From positions 448,001-512,000 of the forward strand of contig CAWIIB010000001.1 in assembly GCA_963836075.1 (NCBI GenBank): 64,000 nucleotides of DNA, read 5' to 3'. This stretch comes from an uncultured Acidobacteriota bacterium (GTDB taxonomy: Bacteria > Acidobacteriota > JAQAZP01). The position numbers and the translations under genes are program-made. Numbering within the stretch: position 1 is the stretch's first letter; every line of letters starts with the position of its first letter. The notes under the pieces are model-generated. The model was not told the origin of the DNA. It was given only the letters and a program-made list of their open reading frames with translations, and searched no databases. Positions 1 to 11,624 of this stretch are shown in pieces.

Positions 1-759
1 GGCGATGGGGAAATCGTGTTCCCAGAAGAACGTCCTCGTCCCGTCGCCGTTGTTTGTCATGCCGGTCTGCAGCCCGTTGGCGCAGGCCGTCATGGTGTCG
101 GGCACGGTGAGCGCGCAGGAGAATGTGCTCTTGTCGGCCTGGTCCTCCTTGCAGGCCCGCCAGTAGTGGCTGATCGGGATCACGGTGTCCCATCCAGTGG
201 AATAGGGCGTACTCATGGTGTAGCCGATGGGCACGCCATCGTGCTTCTTGAACTGGAATGCTTTGGTATCCCCCATGGACACCGGTGTGCCGTTGTAGGC
301 CACTGCCACCTCCAGCGGTGTTCCAGCGGGCTGTGGGGCCCCCAGGTCCACCACCACCTGCTCGTCCAGCTGTGTGTAAGGCTTCGGGACACCGTCCACG
401 GTCACGGCAGTGACGGTGAGGGCGTTGTTCAGGTCCACCGGCAATGTGTCCAGCCCGGCCTGGTTGACGGTCACCGAAAGGGTTGCGGTGCAGTCGATGG
501 TCTGTGTGGTGAAATCAATTGCCAGGGCCAGGTCGCAGTGGTCAACGTCGTAGCCGTAGTCGGGATTCCGGTTCAACCAGGCCAGCAGGGATGCGTCGGG
601 AGCTTCAAACTCGGGGATGCGCTCCACCGTCCAGAGCAGGCTGCGGTCCGCGACCGGCCGCTCAGCGGATGGTTTCCGCGGCGTTTCCGTGCCCGGGGCG
701 GACCAGGCACCGATGGTGAGGAGCAGGCAAACCGCCTGAGTCCTTAGAAGCCAAGTCAT
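1..759 (-). CDS. Secreted M1-family aminopeptidase, N-terminal part (runs off the window start)
   Basis: Not in the ORF track. Manual translation from ATG 759 gives MTWLLRTQAVCLLLTIGAWSA (signal peptide), YDVDHCDLAL, DKSTFSCALTVPDTMTACANG and GTRTFFWEHDFPIA, typical of M1 N-terminal domains; the frame is open to position 1. Confidence 0.75.
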   Translation of the reverse strand, partial: MTWLLRTQAVCLLLTIGAWSAPGTETPRKPSAERPVADRSLLWTVERIPEFEAPDASLLAWLNRNPDYGYDVDHCDLALAIDFTTQTIDCTATLSVTVNQAGLDTLPVDLNNALTVTAVTVDGVPKPYTQLDEQVVVDLGAPQPAGTPLEVAVAYNGTPVSMGDTKAFQFKKHDGVPIGYTMSTPYSTGWDTVIPISHYWRACKEDQADKSTFSCALTVPDTMTACANGLQTGMTNNGDGTRTFFWEHDFPIA

Positions 760-894
760 GGGATCTCCCTGCGCTTTGTGCTGCGGGTGGAATGACCGTC
801 TCCTGAGGAAATTATGCCATACGGGCGTGCCAAGCGTTCAACTTTCTCTGATCCAGGTTAGGGCCCCGGATCTGCGGCGGCATCTCTCACTCCC

Positions 895-923
895 TTGACA
901 AAAGCGACCGTTCGTTTTAATAA
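895..923 (+). promoter_or_regulatory. Sigma70-like promoter with an imperfect palindrome (possible repressor operator) in the spacer
   Basis: TTGACA at 895-900, 17 nt spacer, TAATAA at 918-923; spacer AAAAGCGACCGTTCGTTTT is a near-palindrome. Confidence 0.5.
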
Positions 924-948
924 CGGTTCACTTCGAAAGGAAACCATC

Positions 949-2157
949 ATGCTATACCGCACAGTGCCGAAAAACGGGGACGAACTCTCCATCCTCGGCT
1001 TCGGGGCCATGCGCCTGCCTCTCTTGAAGAACGGCTCCATCGACGCGCCAAGGGCCATCCGCCAGATCCGGAGCGCCATCGATGGCGGCGTCAACTACAT
1101 CGACACGGCCTGGCCCTATCACGGCGGCCACAGCGAGCCGCTGGTGGGCCTGGCCCTGGCCGGCGGCTACCGCCAGAAGGTCAGGCTGGCGACAAAACTG
1201 CCCTCCTGGCTTGTCGAAAAACGCGAAGACATGGACCGCTACCTTGACCGGCAGCTGGAACGTCTGGGCAGTGACCGCATCGACTACTACCTGGTCCACG
1301 CCCTGGCCGGACCCCAGTGGGACAGGATGGAGGGGCTGGGAGTGGCTGCATTCCTGGACAGTGCCCTGTCCGACGCGCGGATCGTCAACGCCGGGTTCTC
1401 TTTCCACGGCCGTCCGGACCACTTCGCCCCCATCGTGGACGCCTACCCCTGGACCTTCTGCCAGATCCAGTACAACTACCTCGACGAGGAGATGCAGGCC
1501 GGCACGGCCGGTCTGGAGTATGCGGCAGCAAAAGGCCTCGGCGTAATCGCCATGGAGCCGCTGCGCGGCGGGACCCTCTCCCATCCGGCTCCCCCGCCGG
1601 CGGTGCAGGCGATCTGGGACGAGGCGACCACGAAACGCACTCCGGCGGAGTGGGCCCTGCGCTGGGTCTGGGACCGGCCGGAGGTCACCCTGGTGCTTTC
1701 CGGCATGAATGTGGAGGCCCACATCGCCGAGAACATCGCCATTGCCGGTGAAGCGCAGCCGAACTCGCTCACCCCGGCGGAACACGATCTGGTCCGGCGG
1801 GCGGCTGAGAAATACCGCGACCTGATGGCCGTCGGCTGCACCGGCTGCGGCTACTGCATGCCCTGCCCCTCGGGGGTGATGATTCCCGACTGCTTCGATG
1901 TCCACAACTCTCTGTCGATGTACGGTGATGCCGTGGCGGCCGGTTTCAGCTATGCCCTGCGGATGTGCGGCGAACTGTCGGGACACAACCCGGGGTTTGC
2001 CTCACAGTGCACCGAGTGCGGGGAGTGCCTGGAAAAGTGCCCGCAACAGATCGAGATCCCGGAGATGCTGGCCAATGTGGCCGTGGCCCTGGAGGGCCCG
2101 GACCTGGACCACCGCGTGGCCACGGTCAAGGGGATGCTGAGCGGCGAAACCGGGTAG
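949..2157 (+). CDS. Aldo/keto reductase with C-terminal 4Fe-4S dicluster domain
   Basis: LSILGFGAMRLP, GVNYIDTAWPYHGGHSE, LATKLP; C-terminal CTGCGYCMPCP and CTECGECLEKCPQ; AAGGA SD before ATG 949. Confidence 0.9.
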   Translation: MLYRTVPKNGDELSILGFGAMRLPLLKNGSIDAPRAIRQIRSAIDGGVNYIDTAWPYHGGHSEPLVGLALAGGYRQKVRLATKLPSWLVEKREDMDRYLDRQLERLGSDRIDYYLVHALAGPQWDRMEGLGVAAFLDSALSDARIVNAGFSFHGRPDHFAPIVDAYPWTFCQIQYNYLDEEMQAGTAGLEYAAAKGLGVIAMEPLRGGTLSHPAPPPAVQAIWDEATTKRTPAEWALRWVWDRPEVTLVLSGMNVEAHIAENIAIAGEAQPNSLTPAEHDLVRRAAEKYRDLMAVGCTGCGYCMPCPSGVMIPDCFDVHNSLSMYGDAVAAGFSYALRMCGELSGHNPGFASQCTECGECLEKCPQQIEIPEMLANVAVALEGPDLDHRVATVKGMLSGETG

Positions 2158-2182
2158 CGCCCGGGAGGCCAAACGCGACGGA

Positions 2183-3766
2183 TCACCGGCAGGGGGAGCC
2201 GGTTCCGTCCATACGGTAGCGCACGGCATACCAGGTGTGCACCGCCGTCCCAAGGTCTTGCGGCACGGGGGCGTCGATAACCACAAAACCCTGCTCCGGG
2301 CCGTAGCGGAGCTCGGATACTTCCTCAGGCAGAAAACCGTCGATACGTGGCGGGAGGCGGTGGTTCGAGACGAGCCAGAACGACCCGCAGGTCAGCAGGT
2401 CATCCCGGGTGAAGCAGCACCACTCGGCGCGCCGCACGTACTCCGAGGGTCGGGCCAGCCCGGGGTACTGCGCCACCACCAGGCCGGGACTGTAAAAACG
2501 GATCATCGAGGTGGTGGGCTTCTCGCCGGCGAGGATCGGGCCGTCCAGGCCCCGGACATACTGCGCCAGCTGCGGCCAGCCGTGCATCTCCCGCAGGATC
2601 CGGTTGCGCCCGCCCGGTGCACCCACCGGGTGGAAGGAGTAGATCGCCAGGCCCAGGCAAAGCGCCACGTTGACCGCGGCACAGATCCTGACCTGCCGGG
2701 GCCGGGACGCGCCAAAGCCGGCCAGCAGCACCGCCGCCCCCACGGTGTAGACCGCCGCCCAGTTGGCCCCCACCGGGGAGAACAGGCTCACCGCCCCGAA
2801 GAAGAGCAGTGGCACCCATACCGCGGCGATCAACAACGGCCGGAGTTGCCGTTGCACCTCCACCCGGGCCGCGGGCCGCCGTCGCAGGGCCAGGAACAGC
2901 CAGTTGAGAATGGTGACCAGCAACGCCCCCCAGACCAGCAGCAAGCCACCGGCATAGCGCGGGAGGCCGTGCAGAAATACCGAGGACCGCTCCCCTCCCT
3001 TGGCAAGCTGCGGTGGTCGGTCAGGGGCTGGCAGAACAGGCGCCGGCAGGTCGCCGGGGATGTGAAAGCCCGGGTCATTGGCGCCCAGAAAGCCGTGCTT
3101 GAGCTGCATGCGGATGCTGACCCACTGGTTGTCGGCGTTCCAGGCCAGGTGCGGCGACAGCACCAGCAGCGCGACGAGCAGCCCGGCCCAGGGCCAGGGC
3201 GTGCGCAGGGCTTTGCGGTCCGACCGCAGGAGAGCCCAGAGAAACACCGGGCCGATGAGCACCATGATGTACTTGCCCAGCATTCCGAGGCCGGCGGCGA
3301 GGCCGGCGGTGACCCAGCGTTTCCTCTGGCCGGCGATGGCCGCGGCCCCCTCGTGAAGCGCGGCGCACCAGGCGGTGATGAGCACGGCGTCCGGTGTGGT
3401 AAGCACGCCGCCCAGAAGCATGAAACCGTTCAGCTGGGCCAGCAGCAGGCCGGAAAGGAAGGCCGGGCCGCCGGTGATGCCGGCCTTGCGCAGCAGACCC
3501 ACGGTGAAGGGGAAGGCCAGGGCTGCGGCCAGCATCGACCCGGCCCGGCCGGCCAGGGCCGACGAGGGGAAGAGCACGGAGAGCGCGTTGACCCAGGCGA
3601 TGAGCGGCGGGTGGTCGAAATAGCCCCAGTCGAGGGCCTTGCTCCACTGGAGGTAGTAGGCCTCGTCCATGATGATCGGCGCCAGCGCGGCCATGGCCAG
3701 CCGGGTCAGCACCACCACGGCGAAGACGACGAGCGTGGAACGTCGTGCTGTGAGTCGTCCGGTCAG
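2183..3766 (-). CDS. ArnT/PMT-like (GT39/GT83, GT-C) membrane glycosyltransferase
   Basis: DEAYYLQWSKALDWGYFDHPPLIAW, TTPDAVL, GMLGKY, PHLAWNADNQWVS and multiple TM segments. The best SD (GGAGG) precedes an in-frame CTG at 3766; the ORF-track start is GTG 3718. Confidence 0.85.
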   Translation of the reverse strand: MTGRLTARRSTLVVFAVVVLTRLAMAALAPIIMDEAYYLQWSKALDWGYFDHPPLIAWVNALSVLFPSSALAGRAGSMLAAALAFPFTVGLLRKAGITGGPAFLSGLLLAQLNGFMLLGGVLTTPDAVLITAWCAALHEGAAAIAGQRKRWVTAGLAAGLGMLGKYIMVLIGPVFLWALLRSDRKALRTPWPWAGLLVALLVLSPHLAWNADNQWVSIRMQLKHGFLGANDPGFHIPGDLPAPVLPAPDRPPQLAKGGERSSVFLHGLPRYAGGLLLVWGALLVTILNWLFLALRRRPAARVEVQRQLRPLLIAAVWVPLLFFGAVSLFSPVGANWAAVYTVGAAVLLAGFGASRPRQVRICAAVNVALCLGLAIYSFHPVGAPGGRNRILREMHGWPQLAQYVRGLDGPILAGEKPTTSMIRFYSPGLVVAQYPGLARPSEYVRRAEWCCFTRDDLLTCGSFWLVSNHRLPPRIDGFLPEEVSELRYGPEQGFVVIDAPVPQDLGTAVHTWYAVRYRMDGTGSPCR

Positions 3767-3875
3767 ACCGAGCCTCCCTGTTCGGTGGGGATCCTTGATC
3801 CGCTAGAATATCACGGTTTGCAGCAGGACCGGACCCCTCGCCTTTGCTCTGCCCAACCACCGGCAGTGGCCCGGG

Positions 3876-4316
3876 TCAGGTAAGCACACCCTTCCTTGAC
3901 AGCCACCAGGAATACCAGAGCAGGAAGAAGGCGGTGACCCAGATCACGGCGGAAAAGATCATGCCGGCCTGGCCCATGATCTCGGCGCCGTTGCTCATGC
4001 CGAAGTTGTAGATGGTGGTCATCACCATGGAGAAAGCAGAAACGGCAAAAGCCCACAGCGCCCACTTCTTGCGCAGCAGCAGCCCGATGGAGCCGACGAG
4101 GGCTCCCCATACGGCAAAGGCCCAGAAGGCGGTCATCCAGACCGGAAAACCGTAAAAGTATTCCAGCTGCGCCTCGGTGAACTGGCTCATGTAAAATTCC
4201 AGCTGCAGTTCCGTCGCCAGATAGTCGAAGGCCCCCATGGCGTTCCAGAGGAGCGAGATCACACCGATGATCCAGAGATGAATCGGCGTCCTGCTGCGGG
4301 TCGCGGCTCCCTGCAT
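3876..4316 (-). CDS. Small 4-TM conserved hypothetical membrane protein
   Basis: TPIHLWIIGVISLLWNAMGAFDY...P.W.TAFWAFAVWGALVGSIGLLLRKKWA; AGGGGG SD upstream. Confidence 0.75.
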   Translation of the reverse strand: MQGAATRSRTPIHLWIIGVISLLWNAMGAFDYLATELQLEFYMSQFTEAQLEYFYGFPVWMTAFWAFAVWGALVGSIGLLLRKKWALWAFAVSAFSMVMTTIYNFGMSNGAEIMGQAGMIFSAVIWVTAFFLLWYSWWLSRKGVLT

Positions 4317-4578
4317 TATGTTTCCCCCTTTTTGTTAGCAGACCGGAAAAAGAGCCTCGCTGGACAGACTGCTCTGAGCGAATGGCTCGAAGCAGGCGTT
4401 TCCATTGAGAAGCAATATATGGAGTTCAGCGGTGCGCATTCAAGTTCCACTGGAAGCCATCACCACCTGTTGCCCAGCGTTAATCCAGGGAAACACCATA
4501 GCATGCAAGCTTTGCCGGCCGCAGTGAGCAGAGGGAGCCATCTGCCAAGCATACCGATTCCCTGCGATTTCCGGTTCG

Positions 4579-5292
4579 CTACAGGGCAGTTTCTTCCACA
4601 CCCCGTACATACTTGGAACTGCTGGTTATTCTGAAGGGGAAGCCGCCGGTGATCAGCGCAGCGGTTTCTTCGCGGTCCACGCCGTATTTCAGTTCGAGAA
4701 CGATATCCCGGTCATTGAACGTCCGGTGGTCCAAGCTGTTGTTGTTCGGGCCCAGACGGAAATATTCAAATTCGGAGTCCACGGTGATCCGGAACGAACC
4801 GTCGGAGGAGAGGAAGTATTTTCTGCGGTAACGATTGAGCAGAGCGGGTGTGGAATGATGAAGACCGGACACCTTGGTCAGCTCGCGCACCGCTGCCCGG
4901 TCGAGGGTCTGGTCAAGGGTGAACGGAGCCAGGGCAAAAGACTTCTTTCTGCCCACCAGGCCCCGCTTCTTCTTGATCTCCAGCACCGGGTTCCCCACAT
5001 GGCCGAACAGCTCACCATACCAGCGGATTCTTACCTTGTCTCGTACGGGCAGCCCGGCAACGGAGTCGCGGAAGCGATGAAGACTCTCAGAGTCGAGATA
5101 GATGTTGTTGACCCATCGTGAACGATGGATTTCACGAAACAGGCCCGGGTTCAGGCGAACATGCGCTTCCACCTCGGCCCTGCCGGAATCGCGCAGGTAG
5201 AACTTTCGTTCATAGCGCCAGGTCTTGCCCTGGTTTTCAGGGTGTGGTGCGCTCATGGGAGTTTGCCCGTCCCGCTGCCCTGCCTTACTCAT
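4579..5292 (-). CDS. VTC (polyphosphate polymerase/TTM-fold) domain protein
   Basis: RYERKF, VNNIYLDS, RDKVRIRWYG, LEIKKKRG, NRYRRKYF, RITVDS, VLELKY, SKYVRG. ATG 5292 overlaps the CotH stop; start uncertain (5256/5292/5316). Confidence 0.85.
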   Translation of the reverse strand: MSKAGQRDGQTPMSAPHPENQGKTWRYERKFYLRDSGRAEVEAHVRLNPGLFREIHRSRWVNNIYLDSESLHRFRDSVAGLPVRDKVRIRWYGELFGHVGNPVLEIKKKRGLVGRKKSFALAPFTLDQTLDRAAVRELTKVSGLHHSTPALLNRYRRKYFLSSDGSFRITVDSEFEYFRLGPNNNSLDHRTFNDRDIVLELKYGVDREETAALITGGFPFRITSSSKYVRGVEETAL

Positions 5293-7888
5293 CCCGATAC
5301 AGATCCTCTTTGACACCCTCCCGGTTGGGGGGAATGATCCGCTCGTCGATAATCAGCAGGGATCCCTGCTCAACAAGATACGCCGGCTCCGTGTCCCCCA
5401 CCTTCAGGCCATGGACCAGAATTTCCCCGGGCCCGAACTCCGCTTTCTTCTGGAACGCGGCAAAGGAGAGCCGGTTCCCCCGTAGTTCCACGTTTTCCAT
5501 TTCGATCCTCGAGCGGTCCTTGCATGCCACCGCGATGTCGGTATCTTCAATTGTTGCAAGGGAAACCACCAGGCGGCTGTTCTCACCGGCACTCAAACCC
5601 TTGTCTCCGGCCCGCTCCACCCGGAGCCGGTGAACCGTGATCTCGCTTCCCGACCCGTCGATGGCATCATTGCCGCAGTCAATAAAACTGACGCTGTCCA
5701 TGCTGCCTTTACAAAAATCCGCGTCAAAGGCGTCGGACCGGCTCCTCACAAACCAGGCTCTCTCGATGGAGAAGGTGCCTCGCATCGTGTTCAGCGCGTC
5801 CTCGCATCGGCTGTCGACAAAGTAGCAGTTATCTATTTCCACCGGTGACTCATAAAAGGTCACCGCTCCGCTGAGCGACCAGCCATGGCGGGAGGGGTTG
5901 CCGAGGTTGTCAAACTCGACCCACGACAATTCAGATGGGGCTTGTGCCGAGAGCACCGCCACGCCCTGCCCGGTGGAGTCCGAGGAACGGATGCGAATCG
6001 GTTGTTCCTCACTTCCCTTCCAGCAGAGGGGGGATCGGGACAGGATCATGGCCCTGTTCCGCAGGTCCACCTGGAACCCCTCGCCGGCCCGGACCAGATA
6101 CCCCGGCGGCACAATCAAGCTTTCCTCCAGCACCCATTGGCCCGGGGCGAAGGTAATCGTCTTCCCCGCGCTGTCCAGGGTCACCCAGCTGAATGTTTCC
6201 GCATTGGCCGGGCTCCGTGGTATATCCGGTTCGCGGACCGCATGATCCACCGCCGGCCACGGATGGATACGCTCTTCCCGGAGATTGCTGCTGCCCTGGA
6301 TACGGTAGATCAGTTTCGGGTTCGAACTGTCCTCAACCGAGCCGGGGACCTCCGGACCAGGGACGAAATCGATCACCGTGAAGCGGATCGGGTTTTCGGC
6401 CGAATAGCCGGGCACGACAGTGGCCACCGGCAGCGGGTGCTCGGTGCCACCGATGCTCAGGGCGATGATTTCCGCTGGCAGAGCATGGATGTTCTGCACA
6501 CCCACGGTAATCGTCGACGTCTGACCAATGGGCCGCTCCAGGTAGGCCTGCAGTGAACGTTGGGGATTGATCACCCGCCGGAGGTATTTCTGGTTCCGGC
6601 GCAGAATGGCCTCACCGGCAAACGAATACCAGGGGACACTGCGGTGCAGAATGGCCAGCGCGTCATCATAGTCAGCACCACAATGTTCGAAGAACTCATC
6701 GAGAAACCTCTCCTTCGATATCTTTTCCAGGGCTTCGATGTAGTACAGATAGAACTGCTCGTCGAGGAAAAGGCCGCTGCGCCAGTCCATCCGGTCTCGC
6801 TGACCGTCCAGCGTGGGAAGGATCTGTTCGCCCAGCGAGCGCACCCGGTGCGGCAAAGGCAGGAGCTTGTTGAAATCGTAGCCGATGGGTTCGATCAATC
6901 CGGTCACCGGATTGTAGTAGAACTTCTGGTTGTCCACCGTCGTGGCGTGGTAGTAACCGGTGAGGTCCACCAGCGCGAAATAGGCGGCCATTTTTTGCAG
7001 GTCGAAGACCTGCGCGGCCCGGGCCTCACCCCGGCGGTACTGTTCCAGGAGAGAGCGGGCAACCTCGTGCAGCCGTGACAGGTCGGTATCGCCGGCTGCG
7101 CGGTTCTCCTGGTAGACCGACACCGCCGAGCCTGCCAGCTCCGGCGCCAACCCCTGATGGCCCACCCAGTAGAACCACGAATCGTACTTGAGGATCGGCC
7201 CTTCACGTCGATCATTACTTTCGAGCAGTCTCTTGTCGAAGTTCTCTTCCAGGGCATAGATCGACTTGTGTACCCCGTTCACCGTCACATCGACAAATTC
7301 GTAGCGCAGGCCCACCAGTCCCAGTTCCTTCTGCAGGCGGTGAATCACCCACTCGTTCATGTACTCCCGTGTCTGCGGATCCTGAAGCGCAAAACGCTTC
7401 ATGCCAAGAATGGTCTTCCCCTTTTTGACCTTGACCTTGTAGGACCATCTGTCGATCCGTCGCCAGTGATCCTGAAGGTCCCCCTTCAGTCGAAGATCCA
7501 CCTTGTACGTCTCTCCCCGGTGGACAATTTCCGCCGGCACCCAGTCGGTGCTTTTCGAGATCAGGATGCCGGCCTCCAGGGCTTCCTGCCGCTTGTAGAG
7601 CAGTTTCTGGTACTCCTTGATCCCGATATTGATGTCCAAACGTTCGGGCTGCGCGGCCAACCCGTCGATGTAGTGTGGAATCACTCTGAGTTTTGCATCG
7701 GCCAGGCCGGCGGCCCAGGCCCGCAGCGTGGTGGACTGCCCGGACTTCACCAGATGCATGCCGTAGTAGATGCTGGCGAGGATGATCAGGGAAAGGAGGA
7801 CGAGGCCGACGGTCGCCGTCAGCCACCGTCGGGTGAAGAGGGCTTTCACCAGGGAGGATGAAGCTGATCCGGCCCGTTTGATGATCAT
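5285..7888 (-). CDS. Membrane-anchored CotH-family kinase with C-terminal right-handed beta-helix
   Basis: N-terminal TM; VDLRLKGD, WSYKVK, VTVNG...IYALEE, DNQKFYYNP..IEPIGYD; C-terminal EDALN/SDAFDADF/GNDAIDGSGS/GDKGLSAGE repeats. Confidence 0.8.
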   Translation of the reverse strand: MIIKRAGSASSSLVKALFTRRWLTATVGLVLLSLIILASIYYGMHLVKSGQSTTLRAWAAGLADAKLRVIPHYIDGLAAQPERLDINIGIKEYQKLLYKRQEALEAGILISKSTDWVPAEIVHRGETYKVDLRLKGDLQDHWRRIDRWSYKVKVKKGKTILGMKRFALQDPQTREYMNEWVIHRLQKELGLVGLRYEFVDVTVNGVHKSIYALEENFDKRLLESNDRREGPILKYDSWFYWVGHQGLAPELAGSAVSVYQENRAAGDTDLSRLHEVARSLLEQYRRGEARAAQVFDLQKMAAYFALVDLTGYYHATTVDNQKFYYNPVTGLIEPIGYDFNKLLPLPHRVRSLGEQILPTLDGQRDRMDWRSGLFLDEQFYLYYIEALEKISKERFLDEFFEHCGADYDDALAILHRSVPWYSFAGEAILRRNQKYLRRVINPQRSLQAYLERPIGQTSTITVGVQNIHALPAEIIALSIGGTEHPLPVATVVPGYSAENPIRFTVIDFVPGPEVPGSVEDSSNPKLIYRIQGSSNLREERIHPWPAVDHAVREPDIPRSPANAETFSWVTLDSAGKTITFAPGQWVLEESLIVPPGYLVRAGEGFQVDLRNRAMILSRSPLCWKGSEEQPIRIRSSDSTGQGVAVLSAQAPSELSWVEFDNLGNPSRHGWSLSGAVTFYESPVEIDNCYFVDSRCEDALNTMRGTFSIERAWFVRSRSDAFDADFCKGSMDSVSFIDCGNDAIDGSGSEITVHRLRVERAGDKGLSAGENSRLVVSLATIEDTDIAVACKDRSRIEMENVELRGNRLSFAAFQKKAEFGPGEILVHGLKVGDTEPAYLVEQGSLLIIDERIIPPNREGVKEDLYRDE

Positions 7889-7894
7889 GCCATG

Positions 7895-8578
7895 TCAGGT
7901 CAAGCCCTTGTTGTCGAGCAGTGTGATGGAGAGGGTGCTGTGGAGTTTGCTCAGCGCTTCACGGCTTTCTTCCAGCTGATCGAAGTCCTTGTACTCCACC
8001 GCGAACGAGGCCTCCAGGCCGCGTTCGTTCTGGTCATAGCGCTTGAGGCTCACCGTTGTGCAGTAGGGAGAGAGCGTACTGACGATCTCCGCCAGCCCCG
8101 GCTTCTCCCTCTCTTTCGTGGCTACGATCAGATGCAGGTTGGCAGATTCTTCTCGTTTACCGAACAGGCCGCGACAGCAGATGACCCCCACAATCACGGC
8201 AAAGGCCGCGATGGTGATCATCCGTTGATTGGCCCCCAGGCCCAACCCGATGGAGATGGCCAGAAAGAGATACCCCAGCTCTTCCGGTTCCTTGATTGCG
8301 GCCCGGTAGCGGACGATGGACAACGCGCCCACCAGGCCGAGGGAGAGGGCCAGCGATGACTTGACGATGGTGATGATCAACATCACCGTCATGGAGAGGA
8401 GAAGAAAATTTCGAGCGAACAGCTTTCGATTGGAGAGCGCCGTCCCGAATCGTTTGTAAACGATTCCGAGGATCGCCGCCAGCAGGCCGGCCAGGACCAG
8501 GTCGAGAACAAACGACAGCAGTGGTATCTGGACCGTGGATGTGGCCAGAAACTGTTCAAAGGATGGGAGACCGTCCAC
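7895..8578 (-). CDS. DUF4956 (MgtC/SapB-like) membrane protein
   Basis: IITIVKSSLALSLGLVGALSIVRYRAAIKEPEELGYLFLAISIGLGLGA signature plus a C-terminal soluble domain. Confidence 0.85.
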   Translation of the reverse strand: MDGLPSFEQFLATSTVQIPLLSFVLDLVLAGLLAAILGIVYKRFGTALSNRKLFARNFLLLSMTVMLIITIVKSSLALSLGLVGALSIVRYRAAIKEPEELGYLFLAISIGLGLGANQRMITIAAFAVIVGVICCRGLFGKREESANLHLIVATKEREKPGLAEIVSTLSPYCTTVSLKRYDQNERGLEASFAVEYKDFDQLEESREALSKLHSTLSITLLDNKGLT

Positions 8579-8627
8579 TGTGCTACCTGTATCCCGCTAC
8601 TCCGCCAGCACGTTTTCACCCTGAAGG

Positions 8628-8656
8628 AATATAGCCATTCAGGAGACCCAAGTCAA
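8628..8656 (-). promoter_or_regulatory. Sigma70-like promoter of the DUF4956-CotH-VTC operon
   Basis: Minus strand TTGACT-17 nt-TATATT, about 50 nt upstream of the DUF4956 start. Confidence 0.55.
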
Positions 8657-8677
8657 AGGGCGGGTTCGCGGCGGGAG

Positions 8678-9791
8678 TCAGGGACAGAGTTCCCGGGCCA
8701 GGCCATCGGCCACCAGCATCCCCTGCCGGGTGGGAATCACCAGCCCCAGGTCCAGGGTGAGCAACCCCAGGGCCCGAAAGTGGTTCAGCCGGGCCGCGGC
8801 GGCCGGGTCATTGGCCAGACTCCCCTGCTGGAAGCCGTCGGCCAGACGCAGGCCCAGGGCGATGCGTTCCATCTCCAGCTGTTCAGGCGTGAGCCTCTCC
8901 CGGCCGGCCACTGCGCTTCCCCCGCTCTCCAGCCGCTGCAGCCAGGTGTCCAGCGTGTCGTGGTTCCACCAGCGGTGGGCACCGTCAAAGGAATGAGCCG
9001 ACGGGCCCAGGCCAAGGCAGGGAACGTGGCGCCAGTATTTCATGTTGTGCCGTGACCGCTGTTCGGGGCTCCTGGCGTAGTTGGAAACCTCGGTACTGTT
9101 CGTAGCCCAGTCCGGCCAGCAGTTCCGCCCCGGCGAGGAACTGGGCAGCGGCGGTCTCTTCGTCCTGTGGTTTGACCTCTCCCCGCTGCACCCGGCGGCC
9201 CAGAGGAGTATCCTCCTCCATGGTCAGCTGGTAGCAGGAGAGGTGGTCCGATTCCAGTTCCACGGCCCGGCGCAGGGTCTCCAGCCAGTGTTCCACCGTC
9301 TGGCCGGGGATGGCGGAGATCAGGTCGATGCTCAGCTGCCCGATCCCCGCCGTGCGGAGCAGTTGGCAGGAACGGCCGATGTCGGCGGAACGGTGCCGCC
9401 GGCCGAGGAACGCCAGCACCTCGTCGTCGAAGGACTGGGCGCCGAGGCTCACCCGGTTCACACCCAGGGCGGCCAGCAGGGCGGCGCTGTCCCTGTCCAG
9501 GTCCGCCGGGTTGGCTTCCAGGGTGATGTCCACCTCCGGGTGGAAGCTGAAACACTGGAAAAGACCGTGCAGCAGGGATTCCAGCTGGGTTGGCAGGAGG
9601 ACGGTGGGTGTGCCGCCGCCGATGTAGAGGGTGTCAAAGGCGTCCCACTGCCCCGCCGCAGCTTCGGCTTCCAAGGCCAGCGCGTCCAGCCAGCGGTCCG
9701 CTTCCCCCGGCCGGGTGCTGGAACAGAAGTCGCAGTAGACGCAGCGGGTGCGGCAGAACGGCACGTGGACATAGAGGCCCGGGGCATTCAT
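8678..9791 (-). CDS. hemW: Radical SAM heme chaperone HemW (HemN-like), split by a +1 frameshift near 9092
   Basis: LYVHVPFCRTRCVYCDF, YIGGGTP, EANP, RVSLGAQSF. Removing one base in TAC-C-GAG restores YEVSNYA...HNMKYWRHVPCLGLGPSAHS. Confidence 0.85.
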
Positions 9792-9804
9792 CGAATCCTC
9801 CCCG

Positions 9805-11604
<1,800 letters not shown>

Positions 11605-11624
11605 CGAATCACTCCTCGATGAAC

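Noticed and set aside
16-747. 243-aa plus-strand ORF in the track
   Set aside because: Antisense shadow of the minus-strand M1 peptidase, which the track missed because it is truncated by the window edge
4400-4480. Fluoride-riboswitch-like GGTGATGG start on the minus strand
   Set aside because: The required pairing and downstream conserved motif do not match
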